A DNA stretch of 64,000 nucleotides from an uncultured virus (IMG/VR IMGVR_UViG_2821904334_000002) (Duplodnaviria; Heunggongvirae; Uroviricota; Caudoviricetes): IMG/VR virus record IMGVR_UViG_2821904334_000002; one strand, given 5' to 3'. A program made the position numbers and the translations under genes. Positions 47,197-58,143 of the stretch are shown here, piece after piece (position 1 is the stretch's first letter; the number at the start of each line of letters is the position of its first letter). The notes under the pieces were generated by a model. That model worked only from the letters and a program-made list of their open reading frames with translations. It was not told where the DNA came from and did not search any database.

Positions 47197-47820
47197 ATGA
47201 AAGAACTATTAAGAAACAAGAAGGTTCTTATCTCTTTAGGGGTAGTTGCAGTTGTCGGTTTAAGTAGTTGGTTTGGATATAGTAAGTATACAGACCACAA
47301 GAACTATGAACTCCAACAAGACCAACTCGTAAAAGAAGCAAAAGAAAGAGATAAGAAGTTAGAAGAATTAAGGCAGAAGGAATTAAAGAACTCAAACTCT
47401 TATAAGTTTAACAAACAGGAGAGGGAAGAGGTAAAGGATTCCAAATTAGACAAGGATGACTTAGACTTAGCAAAGAGATTTAATCGTTCAGAAGTAGAGT
47501 CTCACGCAAAGGCAATACTAAGTATTAATGATGAGAAGACTAGAGAGTATGCAATGAATAACTTACCTCTATCAAAAGAAGCAACTACAAAATACTTTGG
47601 AAATGCGAAGAACATTTTTTACGGTGGCTATAGTGATGTAAACGTTCAAATTATGTACACAGGGGTAGATTACTCTGAGACAGAAAAGAGCTACAAAGCA
47701 AACGTAATAGCAAAAGTAGTTTCTCGCAATAAAGGGCAAGAAAATGTTGCTCCTAAAGTAGAAACAATTAGTTTGGTTATCGAGTACAGAAGTAATGAAA
47801 TAACTGGTTGGAAGTACTAA
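47197..47820 (+). CDS. bitopic membrane protein, possibly VirB8/NTF2-like
   Basis: N-terminal TM, coiled coil, beta-rich C-terminus. Confidence 0.6.
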   Translation: MKELLRNKKVLISLGVVAVVGLSSWFGYSKYTDHKNYELQQDQLVKEAKERDKKLEELRQKELKNSNSYKFNKQEREEVKDSKLDKDDLDLAKRFNRSEVESHAKAILSINDEKTREYAMNNLPLSKEATTKYFGNAKNIFYGGYSDVNVQIMYTGVDYSETEKSYKANVIAKVVSRNKGQENVAPKVETISLVIEYRSNEITGWKY

Positions 47821-47875
47821 CTAGTATTCATACTTACCTGTTCTTTAACAAATAAATAGAAACGAGGTATCAAGC

Positions 47876-49222
47876 GTGGGTGGTAATCATTTTGAAGACG
47901 CTATGAGACCAAAGAAAGGTGAAAGAGTAATAAACCTTCCGATTACATTCAGTAAACGTAGTGAAGGTACAGTTAACAAGACGACCTTGTTTTGGGTAAT
48001 AGCAATATCAACCGTGTTATTCTTAATCTATGTATACGGGGTATTAACAGGTACGAAACCTTTTTACTACAAGATTCCTTTAGCACTCCTTAGTACATAT
48101 GTCTATACTTTCATTCTTAGGTTCATCGTTTTCCAAGAAGGACGAATAAGTGATGCCTATGAAACGATGGTAGAAAAAGACTATGAACAATCTACAAACG
48201 CCTTTTGGAATATCTACAATATCAGTCCTAAACCACCATTCACAGTACATTATGCAAATGGTTTAAAAGGTATCTTTGTTAGATTAGATAAAGACGTAGT
48301 AGTTGGTCAAGAAGACAACATGGAATTTACACACTTCGAGAAACTAGCAGATATGTACAATGTAGCGCACCGATTAGGTTTAGATATGGTAAACATAGAC
48401 TACATGGATATCGTAGGTAATGATTCTCGTATGCAAAGTATGTATGCCAAAGCTTCAAACTGTGAGAACGAGTCTTTAAAACAAATCTTACTAAGCATGT
48501 GTGGATATTTAGAGTATGAAATGAGCCTAGACTATACGAGTTATGATGTGTATCTATTTACAGGTCGTATTAGTGAAGAAGCTTTATTCTACAACGTAAG
48601 GGAAGTACTAGATGCAGGTATGTACGCAAACTACAAGTCATACACATTAATCGACCCTAATCAGTTAAGAAATATGACTCAATCCATTATGAACTTAGAA
48701 AACTTCTCTAGACTTCAAGCTGAGAAAGAAGTAATCATGAATACACTAAGTAAAACGATTACTCCTATCAAGTTAATCAGAGAAGATGGTACAGAAGAGA
48801 TTTATAATAAGACTAGAGCACAATTAGAGGAAGACAAGAAATTCCAAGAAGCGATGAAAGCTGAAGAGAAACGTAAGAAGAAAGCAAATAAGAATAAGAA
48901 ATCTAAAACTTCTGATGTCGTTAAAGAAGACAAAGATGAAAGTCAGGATAAACTGGGTGACTTCTTTGAAAGTACAACTATCTTAGATGACTCGTATTTA
49001 GAAGATGAAGTCGTAGAAGAAGTTAAGTTAGACGATGTGAAAAAGCCTGTTTTACGTAAAGAAAGCGAAGTCATTACACGTAAAGAGGAAGTAGAAGTAA
49101 AAGAAGAAGTAAAACAAGAAGTAAAACCTGTTGTCGTTGAATCAGAAAAGCCGAATACAAAAGAAACAAATAAAGATTCAAAAGTAAACTTATTCAGCGA
49201 TTCAGAAGACGAAGATTGGTAA
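47876..49222 (+). CDS. membrane protein with two N-terminal TMs (VirB3/TcpE-like topology) and charged tail
   Basis: two TMs at about aa 37-85; lies upstream of the VirB4-like gene. Confidence 0.6.
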   Translation: MGGNHFEDAMRPKKGERVINLPITFSKRSEGTVNKTTLFWVIAISTVLFLIYVYGVLTGTKPFYYKIPLALLSTYVYTFILRFIVFQEGRISDAYETMVEKDYEQSTNAFWNIYNISPKPPFTVHYANGLKGIFVRLDKDVVVGQEDNMEFTHFEKLADMYNVAHRLGLDMVNIDYMDIVGNDSRMQSMYAKASNCENESLKQILLSMCGYLEYEMSLDYTSYDVYLFTGRISEEALFYNVREVLDAGMYANYKSYTLIDPNQLRNMTQSIMNLENFSRLQAEKEVIMNTLSKTITPIKLIREDGTEEIYNKTRAQLEEDKKFQEAMKAEEKRKKKANKNKKSKTSDVVKEDKDESQDKLGDFFESTTILDDSYLEDEVVEEVKLDDVKKPVLRKESEVITRKEEVEVKEEVKQEVKPVVVESEKPNTKETNKDSKVNLFSDSEDEDW

Positions 49223-49232
49223 GATTAGTTCA

Positions 49233-49277
49233 AAGAGGGGTAGAGGTTGTAAGAAGACCTTCCCTCTTCTTATCTTT
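49233..49277 (+). terminator. terminator-like hairpin inside the transfer region
   Basis: AAGAGGG...AGGT...ACCT-TCCCTCTT followed by a T-rich tail. Confidence 0.55.
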
Positions 49278-49405
49278 AATGTACTTTAGAATATAAGGTA
49301 TGAACTTATATTTTAAATTATGGTAACGATAAGTATTATCATAGAAACAGTATGAATAATTAAAGTATATAAGATAAAAAGTCAAACAGCAAGGAGGTTA
49401 TAGAT

Positions 49406-50326
49406 ATGAGAGCATTATTGGCGTTTGGTGATATTACAGAAGGTGTTAAACGAGAGATTAACGGACTAGACGATAGTGTAGATATCAGGGCGTATACAAG
49501 AGCCTATGACTTAATTGAAAATATCACAATTCTAAGACTGAACTTTGACCGTATCGTATTAACACATGCAGGGGTAAAGTCGCAACAAGAATTAATAGAT
49601 TTAAACAAGTTTTTGAGAAAGGAACATCCAAGGGCTACAGTAGTCTTTATGTTCCCAAAAGGAAAAGAGAATGCAGAAAAGAAAGCTAAGTTTTTCAATG
49701 AGGTATTTAATTCACCTTTATATACAGACTTAGCAGTAGAAGAACAGAACTTATCTATCCTACTCAAAAGTGTACGAGGGGGTATAGATGAGATACGTGA
49801 ACAGTATTCCGCAAACAAGCAAGATGAAATTGATGATGATTTGTTAGAAGACGATTATGACGAAGAAGAAAACGAAGAATCAGGTGAAGCTACAAGAGAG
49901 TTAGAAATACAACCGATGGTTGTTTTACCACAACGAAAAAGACAGCATAAAAGATACGGGTTTTTTGGTATAAAGAAACTGTCAAAAGTCCAATTGCAAA
50001 CAAAACAACAAAATATGCAAATAATTATGGCTTACATGCAACACCTAAAAGGAGATACTAACATACAGGAAGAATCGTATGAACAGGATATCCATAGTAA
50101 GGTGTTACAAGAAGGTTATAACCATGATGAAGTTAATCAGACAAGTGATGACAATGTATATAACGTAAATGAAAAATCAAAGGAACTAAGTGAAAAATTA
50201 AGTAACCTGACACCTTCTCGTACATTCACAGAACTAGAATTTGGGTTCTATAATTTCATCAATACTTATGATGGTAGACCGATGGTTTCTCAAGAAGGTT
50301 CAGGGTATAAACAGCTTTATAAGTAA
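49406..50326 (+). CDS. hypothetical protein with possible N-terminal receiver-like fold
   Basis: MRALLAF...FDRIVL...LRKEHPRATVVFM pattern reminiscent of CheY-like domains. Confidence 0.55.
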   Translation: MRALLAFGDITEGVKREINGLDDSVDIRAYTRAYDLIENITILRLNFDRIVLTHAGVKSQQELIDLNKFLRKEHPRATVVFMFPKGKENAEKKAKFFNEVFNSPLYTDLAVEEQNLSILLKSVRGGIDEIREQYSANKQDEIDDDLLEDDYDEEENEESGEATRELEIQPMVVLPQRKRQHKRYGFFGIKKLSKVQLQTKQQNMQIIMAYMQHLKGDTNIQEESYEQDIHSKVLQEGYNHDEVNQTSDDNVYNVNEKSKELSEKLSNLTPSRTFTELEFGFYNFINTYDGRPMVSQEGSGYKQLYK

Positions 50327-50343
50327 AGAGACGGTGATGTAAA

Positions 50344-51582
50344 ATGAATTATTTAGTAAGTACAAGTAACGAATACGCTTTAGAAAACTATACAAAGGTA
50401 GATAATTTGCAAGCAGTAACAGAAGCCGATGCAAACTCTATTATTCTCTTACATTCCTTCCAAGAAGATTCCTATAAAGCTTCCTTAATGCTATCAAACT
50501 TATATAGTACAAAAGGTGTTAACAAGTTTATCTATATAAACGAGTCGCCTTACGAAGATGTACGAGTATTAATTGATAGTTTAAAAGGGGTAGTCGAGGA
50601 AGACGAGTCTTTATTAGAAGACGAGGATGAAATTGAAGGTTTGATTGAAATTTTAAAAGAGGACTCCTTAGAAATCGCAGTAGGGGAGACAAGTAATCAA
50701 AACTCACCTTTTAACGTATTAACTGAATTCGTATCCAAGTTGTCTGAGGGTGATGAGTCATTAAACGACCCACTGTATTTAGATGTTGTTAATCGAGCAT
50801 TAACAAGTGTAAATAAAGACATGAAGTTACAAGAAGAACGAATTAATTTAATGGGTAAAGGTGTAATTGAGACATACAATAATACCACAAAAACTATCAA
50901 TAATTTGCAGGTTAAAGCAGAAGAATTGAAAAACAAGGTACTAGAGATAGAGCATGATAGAAAGTATAGTGGTGCAAGTCGAAATAGGGCTAGTAACCTA
51001 TCATTCTATCCACCTATCATCTATACAGGAAACATACCTTTAATTGTATTTAAAGAAATGTCAGCTTGTAGGTATCTAACGAGTATGGTACTAGCTTATA
51101 AGAATCATTTAGAAACGATTAAGAATAAGCGTGTACGTTTGATTGTTGTAGTAGGAAAACAGGAATTAACAAAGCGTAGATACGATGGGTTCTTTGAACT
51201 TACATTACAATCTATGAAGAGTGAGTATGCGATTACAAAAGACGTAGCTTTCACTACAACACCTTTACGAGATATGATGTTAGAAATGACAAAGAAAGCA
51301 GACGAAATTATCTTAATACTAGACCGTACCTATGAAAAAGACCCTATCTTTACAAATAAAGCAAAGGTCATTCATTGTGTAACGAGTATAGGAGAACTAC
51401 GTAAATACAATCTAAAGAGCGAAGAAAGTATCATATCTATAAGAGGATTGAAAAACTCTTTAATGCGTCTAACTCATATTGATAGATATCCAGATGGGGT
51501 AGAGAATAGATTAGACCGTTATGAGAAAACATTCTATGAATCTTTCAACCGTATTGACGAATTTGTAGGCATAACAAGATAA
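50344..51582 (+). CDS. hypothetical protein with coiled coil and possibly degenerate ParA/MinD-like domain
   Basis: LIVFKEMSACRYLTSMVLAY..KRVRLIVV..ADEIILILD topology; no Walker A lysine. Confidence 0.5.
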   Translation: MNYLVSTSNEYALENYTKVDNLQAVTEADANSIILLHSFQEDSYKASLMLSNLYSTKGVNKFIYINESPYEDVRVLIDSLKGVVEEDESLLEDEDEIEGLIEILKEDSLEIAVGETSNQNSPFNVLTEFVSKLSEGDESLNDPLYLDVVNRALTSVNKDMKLQEERINLMGKGVIETYNNTTKTINNLQVKAEELKNKVLEIEHDRKYSGASRNRASNLSFYPPIIYTGNIPLIVFKEMSACRYLTSMVLAYKNHLETIKNKRVRLIVVVGKQELTKRRYDGFFELTLQSMKSEYAITKDVAFTTTPLRDMMLEMTKKADEIILILDRTYEKDPIFTNKAKVIHCVTSIGELRKYNLKSEESIISIRGLKNSLMRLTHIDRYPDGVENRLDRYEKTFYESFNRIDEFVGITR

Positions 51583-51603
51583 AGAAGAAAAGGAGGGGTA
51601 GAG

Positions 51604-53640
51604 TTGTTCGGGTTTAGTATACCAAACTTTAAAAAGATACTTGGCGAAAAGAAACGTACTGTTAAACCTTGGGGTTTATGGGACACAAGAATCGCTGAGT
51701 TTATGAATAAGAACAAAAGTGAACAAGGACCGACTAGACGGGTTAACTTCTATGCAAACACCAATGCTTTCTATAGCGGTGAGAAGAACGTGTCTTATCT
51801 GTATTTAGTAGACCAACTACCTAGTGAATTAGAATTATCATTCCGTAAAACGATTAGACGAGAGTGTAAAGCAGGGGTACGAATTACCTTCATTACAAAC
51901 TTAAATCGAGACACAATTAACTGGGAAAGTCCTACGAATAAAAATAAACTTCAAACGTGGAAGAACTTAGAGAAAGCTAATGATAGAGAGGTTAGTATCT
52001 ATGAAGCGGCAGGAGAGGTTGGACGTTTAGACTTACAAAACTATAAGAAGAAAAGTATTGAATACCTAATCAATGCAGACTTACGTAGGAAGAGAAAGTT
52101 ATTTAACGTACAAGGTATTATGTTAATTACAGGTGAACGAGGGTTAGCATTCGATGATACGGTTAAATCAGTAGAGTCATCTTGTAAACGTAGTAAAATT
52201 AAGATTAAACGTATAACAGGTAACTTAACGGATTACTTAGAAACGTTCAGTCCTTTCTCATTACGTAAGAATAGTGGGGTAATTAAGCGAACAGGTTCAA
52301 ACGTTATACCTGATGAATTAGTAGCAAGATTAAACTCATATGACCAAGGTACAGTTGGAACAGGTTCGATGTATTGGGGTACTGATATCTATTCTAAGAA
52401 ACCAGTACTAAAAGAGCCAAAAGTAATAGATACTGATGCAGAGAACTGGTTAATTGCGGCTGAGACTGGTGGAGGAAAATCATACTTTGTAAAATCATCT
52501 TGTATTCAGTTACTTGGACGAAACGATATGGTAGGAACAATTAACGATATCGAGGGTGATGAGTATGAAGATTTAGGATACATCATCGCCAACCATAGTA
52601 GTGTTGTTATGTTAGATATCGGTGAGTCAGGTGGTTCTTACTTCGACCCTGTAGAGATATATGAAACAGGTGTAGCAGATTTAGATGAAGAAATGCACTC
52701 ATTATCTATCTCCTTTACAAAGAGTATGTTTAAAACATTAGTAGGAGACAAACTACTTCAAAAGCGTGACTGGGCTGAGACAATCATCGAGAACGGTGTA
52801 GAAGAGTTCTATGATGAATTAGGGGTAGTAAACAGCGATAGCAGAACGTGGAAGAAAACAAAAGGTAAAACTATCTTCGATGTGTATGCAAAGATTAAAA
52901 CATACAAACCACATAAGTTAAATGAAGAGTTTGAAGCGGATAAAGAGTTAGTTATTGCTCAGCTAGAATCAAGACTAGGTAGAAACAGTCAAACAACTGG
53001 TCGATTCAGTAATCGTGTACAATTCGACTCTATCCGTGATGCGAAACTAGTAATTAACTCATTCGGTATGAAAGGTCGTTCAGCTTCTACAGTAAGTGCG
53101 GTAGATATGGCACTAATGCAGTTATACACCGCTTTAATTTCTCATTTACGTTCTGTATTTGCGAAATCAAGAGGTATGTATAACTTTAAGATTTGGGAAG
53201 AGTTCCAACGTTGGGGTGGATTCCCTGGCGCAGAAGAAACACTTAAAACTCCATTATCAGGTGGACGTAAATTAGGTGATATAAACATCATTATCACAAA
53301 CAGACCTTCCGAACTATTAGAAACTGACCGATTCAAAATCTTTGACTCAATCACTACATTTGCAATTGGGGCGGTAGGTGACTCGAAAGTTCGTCATGAA
53401 CTATGTGAACGTCTACAAATGCCATTAATGAAGAAAGAATTGGATTTAATTGAAAGAAACCGTAAGAAATCCGATGATAATACAACAGAGTATGAAGACT
53501 TTGATGCAATCAAAATGAATCCATACGCAAAAGCTTTCCTTGTTGGATTAGAGAGACGTGATTTCTCTATTACGAAAATTGTATTACCTGATAGCTTGTC
53601 TAAAACAAGACTATTCCAAACTGGTGTAAAAGTAGGCTAA
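51604..53640 (+). CDS. virB4: VirB4-like conjugative ATPase
   Basis: NWLIAAETGGGKSYFVK Walker A; INDIEGDEY; FKIWEEFQR Walker B; GRKLG..IIITN. Confidence 0.8.
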   Translation: MFGFSIPNFKKILGEKKRTVKPWGLWDTRIAEFMNKNKSEQGPTRRVNFYANTNAFYSGEKNVSYLYLVDQLPSELELSFRKTIRRECKAGVRITFITNLNRDTINWESPTNKNKLQTWKNLEKANDREVSIYEAAGEVGRLDLQNYKKKSIEYLINADLRRKRKLFNVQGIMLITGERGLAFDDTVKSVESSCKRSKIKIKRITGNLTDYLETFSPFSLRKNSGVIKRTGSNVIPDELVARLNSYDQGTVGTGSMYWGTDIYSKKPVLKEPKVIDTDAENWLIAAETGGGKSYFVKSSCIQLLGRNDMVGTINDIEGDEYEDLGYIIANHSSVVMLDIGESGGSYFDPVEIYETGVADLDEEMHSLSISFTKSMFKTLVGDKLLQKRDWAETIIENGVEEFYDELGVVNSDSRTWKKTKGKTIFDVYAKIKTYKPHKLNEEFEADKELVIAQLESRLGRNSQTTGRFSNRVQFDSIRDAKLVINSFGMKGRSASTVSAVDMALMQLYTALISHLRSVFAKSRGMYNFKIWEEFQRWGGFPGAEETLKTPLSGGRKLGDINIIITNRPSELLETDRFKIFDSITTFAIGAVGDSKVRHELCERLQMPLMKKELDLIERNRKKSDDNTTEYEDFDAIKMNPYAKAFLVGLERRDFSITKIVLPDSLSKTRLFQTGVKVG

Positions 53641-53745
53641 CTTGTATTTTAGTATGACATGTATTCAAATACGGAGAATTGACTCAAAAACAACCTATAA
53701 ACGAGTTACAAAAGAGAGGAAATACAAGTAAACTGAGGTGCGAGG

Positions 53746-54108
53746 GTGCAAGATGTAATACAATTCTTTCAAACAACATTAGGGGTATCATTGCTTATAT
53801 TTTTAGCGTATTTTCCTTTGGTTGATTTTATGAGAAGACTTTATTTATACGAGTTTACCTTATATAACCGATTAGAAAAAGAGTATAAACCAATTATTAA
53901 ATATACAATGGGATTTCAAACGATAGCGTTCATTGTGTTTTATATAGTTGCTCCTTACTTTTCGATTCAGAAGTACATGGTAGATGGTGTAACTTCCTTA
54001 TTAATACTTCCAGTTGTATTTTTCATTCTTACAAACATGGGAATCTTCACAATCTACGGATTGATTCATACAGGAAAACTAAAAGTAACCTTAAAAGATA
54101 AGAAGTAG
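53746..54108 (+). CDS. membrane protein (3 TMs)
   Basis: GAGGTG RBS; hydrophobic segments. Confidence 0.7.
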   Translation: MQDVIQFFQTTLGVSLLIFLAYFPLVDFMRRLYLYEFTLYNRLEKEYKPIIKYTMGFQTIAFIVFYIVAPYFSIQKYMVDGVTSLLILPVVFFILTNMGIFTIYGLIHTGKLKVTLKDKK

Positions 54109-54291
54109 GATAAAGTAGTAATCCTTATCTTAAACTAGATTCACATCCATAAACACGTAAGCATACAAGGTACAAAACTTGTTATACTTGTGTCTAGGGG
54201 TATAAAGTACTTAGGTTACATTCACTAAAGAACTGGTGTAGTATCACTGATTAACGTATAAGCTATCAACTAACTTAAATATGTAAAGTAT

Positions 54292-54319
54292 AGGGCGAGG
54301 TTTTCCTCGTCCCTTCTTT
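54292..54319 (+). terminator. intrinsic terminator inside the transfer region
   Basis: AGGGCGAGG-TTTT-CCTCGTCCCT followed by TCTTT. Confidence 0.7.
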
Positions 54320-54379
54320 GTATACATAGCTTTTAAACTATGTAAGTAAAGTCGTAAGACTATAAGGAGTGGTAATTGG

Positions 54380-55408
54380 ATGTTAAGTGGAATAACAAGT
54401 TGGATTATGGAACACAAGAAAACTACACTTGCAATTGCAGGGGTAGTTATCATTGGTATCATATCCTATAATGCAGTAGCAGACCGACAAGCCCAAAAGG
54501 AAGCTGAGGTTTCAGCAGAGAAAAGCGCAAAGCAAGAAAATGTAAAGTCTGACTTTGACATTGAACAAGAGAAATTAGTTAAGAAACATGGCGCACCAAA
54601 GAAAGGTTTCCGTTGGACAGACGATGGTAAGCTACAGGCAATAGGGGATAAGGGGATGACCAGTGAGGACGTTATTTATGCATATGTTCGTGGTCTATCA
54701 ACCTTAGATTTCTCGAATGCACAGAGATATAGCTATAAGACTGATGTAGTAAAATCATACCAAGGATTCTATGAAGCAGAACAAGATTTTACATACAACA
54801 AGAACTTCCAAAAAGGTATGTATAAACAAGTACTACTAAGTCTTAGACCAAACAAAATTGAAGATACAGCTTTATTCGCTGATTACAAAACTTCAATTAC
54901 AATGAATATCGAGTTATTAGATTTAAGTAACAAAGATTTTTGGTTAAAAGACAAGGATAAAATATTCCAAGACTTGAAAAAGTACAAAGTGAATGAGCGT
55001 GATACAACAAAAATGAAAGATTACCTATTCAACTACGTACTAAGTTACTATTCAGGTGAGAAACCAAAAACTAGAAACGTAAAAGTAAACTTTGTAATGC
55101 AACAAACTATGGATGGTTCATGGTTAGTTACAAATGATGCAGAGTTAGATGCATTAGCGAAGTACCAAGACGGTGAAATCGTAGTAAACCAAATCTTAGA
55201 CCAATTTGAACGTTGGATTGGTAAGTCAAGTGAAGATGTAACTCCTGATGCTAAGATTGAGAACACTGAAATTGGTAATGTGAATGGTAATATTGAGAAT
55301 AAGAAAGATTCAGATAACGTTAACCCTTATAGTAGACCTAACAATGATAATGACAAAATCAATCAAAACGAACCGAAAGACGATGCACCAACTGTCATTG
55401 AAAGGTAA
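54380..55408 (+). CDS. bitopic membrane protein, VirB8/NTF2-like
   Basis: N-terminal TM; SEDVIYAYVRGLSTLDF...VNFVMQQTMDGSWLVTN pattern typical of NTF2-like folds. Confidence 0.6.
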   Translation: MLSGITSWIMEHKKTTLAIAGVVIIGIISYNAVADRQAQKEAEVSAEKSAKQENVKSDFDIEQEKLVKKHGAPKKGFRWTDDGKLQAIGDKGMTSEDVIYAYVRGLSTLDFSNAQRYSYKTDVVKSYQGFYEAEQDFTYNKNFQKGMYKQVLLSLRPNKIEDTALFADYKTSITMNIELLDLSNKDFWLKDKDKIFQDLKKYKVNERDTTKMKDYLFNYVLSYYSGEKPKTRNVKVNFVMQQTMDGSWLVTNDAELDALAKYQDGEIVVNQILDQFERWIGKSSEDVTPDAKIENTEIGNVNGNIENKKDSDNVNPYSRPNNDNDKINQNEPKDDAPTVIER

Positions 55409-55421
55409 GGAGGGGTAGACA

Positions 55422-55580
55422 ATGAATGTGGCGTATGCTTTAAGTTTCGCTTTGTTCTTGTTTCTCGTTTCGGTATTCACAACGAATAAAGAAACAATAA
55501 ACGAGAAGTCAAAGCGTAACTTCTGGATTCTAGCAGGGTTGTTTGGGGTATATAGTGTAGTTCGATTTATACTAGCCTAA
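55422..55580 (+). CDS. small two-TM membrane protein (52 aa, not in ORF track)
   Basis: AAGGAGGGG RBS; MNVAYALSFALFLFLVSVF...RFILA*. Confidence 0.65.
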   Translation: MNVAYALSFALFLFLVSVFTTNKETINEKSKRNFWILAGLFGVYSVVRFILA

Positions 55581-55598
55581 ACAGAAAGGTAGGAAGTT

Positions 55599-55739
55599 AT
55601 GTCAATAACAGTATTAAAGATTCTACTTGTATTACTATTAATCTATTCTTTATTTTCAAGAAAGATGTCTTTAAATGGGAAGACTAGAGTGGTCTTCCTA
55701 TTACTAGTAGCAATCTTTATCACATTTTTCTTTATCTAA
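55599..55739 (+). CDS. small two-TM membrane protein (46 aa, not in ORF track)
   Basis: AAAGGTAGGA RBS; MSITVLKILLVLLLIYSLF...FFFI*. Confidence 0.6.
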   Translation: MSITVLKILLVLLLIYSLFSRKMSLNGKTRVVFLLLVAIFITFFFI

Positions 55740-55789
55740 ACTGAGATAGAGAGTAATAGTTTCAAAGTCTAAGAAAGGAGGGGTATTGT

Positions 55790-58111
55790 ATGAGTTTCGA
55801 TTCACGAAACTTTGTCTCTGACGATGACTTAGCAAAGGAACGTCAAGATAGGCAAGACAGACAAAACCCACCAAGCGTAGAACATGGTCAAGGTGGAGAC
55901 GCCTTTGCTGATTTAAATATAGATGATTTATTCAGCACTCCTTCTCCTTCTTCACCAACTGATAATAACAATTCGTTTAACTCTTTTGGTGATGCACCTC
56001 CAATGGGGCAACCCTTAGGTGGTGGAAATGACCCTTTCTTGAACCCAATTGGAGGGATACCTCCGATGGGAGGTATGAATCAACCACCTACTCCATTCGG
56101 TCAACAACCTAAGACTGATGAAGAGAAAATAATGGATGCAGGAAAGAAAAGTTGGTCATTCATTAAAGACTTAGGTAGTGGGTTTCATGATTTAAAGTCA
56201 ACACCTACAAACTGGTCTATGACTGGTAGGAACTTAGTTAAAATGTCAGCAATCGCTTTTGGTTTATCCTTTGCAACCATGATGATATTCAAGAAAGACG
56301 TAATGGACTACATGATGGGTAGCGGTTTTACCGCAATAGCAGGGGTATTATTACTGTCTTTCAATAACGATAAAGCACGATTGATAAAAGGTACAGACGG
56401 AGAAGAGGAACAGCCCTTTGATATTAATAAAATAGAGGGAGACCCTTTACCACAAGATGATATCTTTGCGAGTGCATTTGCAACTGAGCCTAACATGTTA
56501 GTAAACTTAGATAAACCACCATTGGAAGATGAACAACCTTTTGCAACCTTTGAAGATGAGGAAGATGAAGGAGAAGAAGATGATGATGGATTTGATGATG
56601 GTTGGGATGAGTTTGATGAGGAAGAAGACGAGGAATTCGATGAGGAAGACGAAGAGATAACAGAATTTGTTACAGTAGATGAAGCACCTTCTGATATAGC
56701 AACGGTATTAACCGAAGTAGACCAAGTACCCGCAGGTATGTATACAAGACATTTCTTATATGAAAACTATAAGAGAGCCTTAACAAGCATTACACCATCA
56801 TACAGTGAAACAATCTTCTTAGACGAAGATGAAGATGATGAATGGGATGCATATAGTAGACTAATTCGAGAAGTACAACAGCAAATGGATTTAGAATCAG
56901 GGGTAGACGATTACGAAAGTGATTTATCTGAAATCCTGTCTGTAGAGAAACGTCTATTAACGGTTTATGTAGAAGCAACAAGACCAAAGAAACTTAAAAA
57001 TAGTAAGATTGATGAGTTCAACCGAGAACTATCAAATATTGTTTCAAGGGTAAAAGGAAGACTGGTAGAGGGAAGATACTCTCAAACAATAGCAGTTGGT
57101 AACACAATTTACATTACAATTTTTACGGGTGAAACAGCAAGTGTATCTGTTAAAGACGCTATTATAAAAGAGCAAGATTTCTTCTTAAATACAGACAACC
57201 GTATTCCAGTTGTAATGGGCTTTAACGAATTAGGAGACACAATTAAAATTGATTTATACGATGTGGAATCTATCCTAACAGCAGGTATGCCAAGGGGTGG
57301 TAAAACATTCTCTGTTAAAACAGTAATGTCTCAAATGGTTCAATTTTGTAGTCCATCAGAAGTTACTTTCTACTTTGCAGACGTAAAAGGTAAAGTATCT
57401 GACTGGTATCAGTTCAGAACACCTCATGTTAGAAGGTTCGAAAGTGACCCACAACAAATCATAACCATGTTAACTCACTTAACAGACGTAGAAGGACCGA
57501 GACGTGAGAAGATAATGGCAGAAGTAGGGGTAACAAACTTAAAAGACTATAATCAAGTTCCACACGATATTGAACTACCTATGATTTATGTTGTTATAGA
57601 TGAAATGGCAACTCTAATGCAGAAGTTAACAGACAAGGATAAAAAGTTATTCCACGCAAGAATGGTCGATTTAGTAACGAAAATGCCAGGGTTTGGACTT
57701 AGATTATGGGGTATTCCTCACTTAGTTAAGAACGATATCATCCCTAAAACAGTATCAGACTTAATACCTTGTAAGATATCTGTTAAAGGGGATGAGAGTC
57801 ACGTTGAAGCTACAACTGGTGCAAAACCAAGTAAGTTTAAGTTTAAGTTATCTCATGTAGGAGATTGTGCGGTAAACATGCCAGCTATCTCTAGTGACGT
57901 ATTCTTTATGCACTCATTTATCTTAGCTAAAAACGGTACTGGGGTAACTCGTGTATTAGATTATCAATCGAAGTTATGGGAGAAACTAGAACCTGATTCT
58001 GTAAAAGGTTCACTATCCTATCAACTAGACAATACAAATAGACAAAAAGTAGTATTAGATAAGTTAGACTTACCTAGTGAGCCTGTATTCGGTAAGGATG
58101 GGATGTACTAG
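55790..58111 (+). CDS. FtsK/SpoIIIE-family DNA translocase (two TMs, acidic linker, motor domain)
   Basis: IPVVMG..DL..SILTAGMPRGGKT Walker A; YFADVKG; IYVVIDEMATL Walker B; GDC; no evident C-terminal gamma domain. Confidence 0.88.
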   Translation: MSFDSRNFVSDDDLAKERQDRQDRQNPPSVEHGQGGDAFADLNIDDLFSTPSPSSPTDNNNSFNSFGDAPPMGQPLGGGNDPFLNPIGGIPPMGGMNQPPTPFGQQPKTDEEKIMDAGKKSWSFIKDLGSGFHDLKSTPTNWSMTGRNLVKMSAIAFGLSFATMMIFKKDVMDYMMGSGFTAIAGVLLLSFNNDKARLIKGTDGEEEQPFDINKIEGDPLPQDDIFASAFATEPNMLVNLDKPPLEDEQPFATFEDEEDEGEEDDDGFDDGWDEFDEEEDEEFDEEDEEITEFVTVDEAPSDIATVLTEVDQVPAGMYTRHFLYENYKRALTSITPSYSETIFLDEDEDDEWDAYSRLIREVQQQMDLESGVDDYESDLSEILSVEKRLLTVYVEATRPKKLKNSKIDEFNRELSNIVSRVKGRLVEGRYSQTIAVGNTIYITIFTGETASVSVKDAIIKEQDFFLNTDNRIPVVMGFNELGDTIKIDLYDVESILTAGMPRGGKTFSVKTVMSQMVQFCSPSEVTFYFADVKGKVSDWYQFRTPHVRRFESDPQQIITMLTHLTDVEGPRREKIMAEVGVTNLKDYNQVPHDIELPMIYVVIDEMATLMQKLTDKDKKLFHARMVDLVTKMPGFGLRLWGIPHLVKNDIIPKTVSDLIPCKISVKGDESHVEATTGAKPSKFKFKLSHVGDCAVNMPAISSDVFFMHSFILAKNGTGVTRVLDYQSKLWEKLEPDSVKGSLSYQLDNTNRQKVVLDKLDLPSEPVFGKDGMY

Positions 58112-58143
58112 GGGTAGTCAGTGATTTTAGACCTTAAAAGAAG

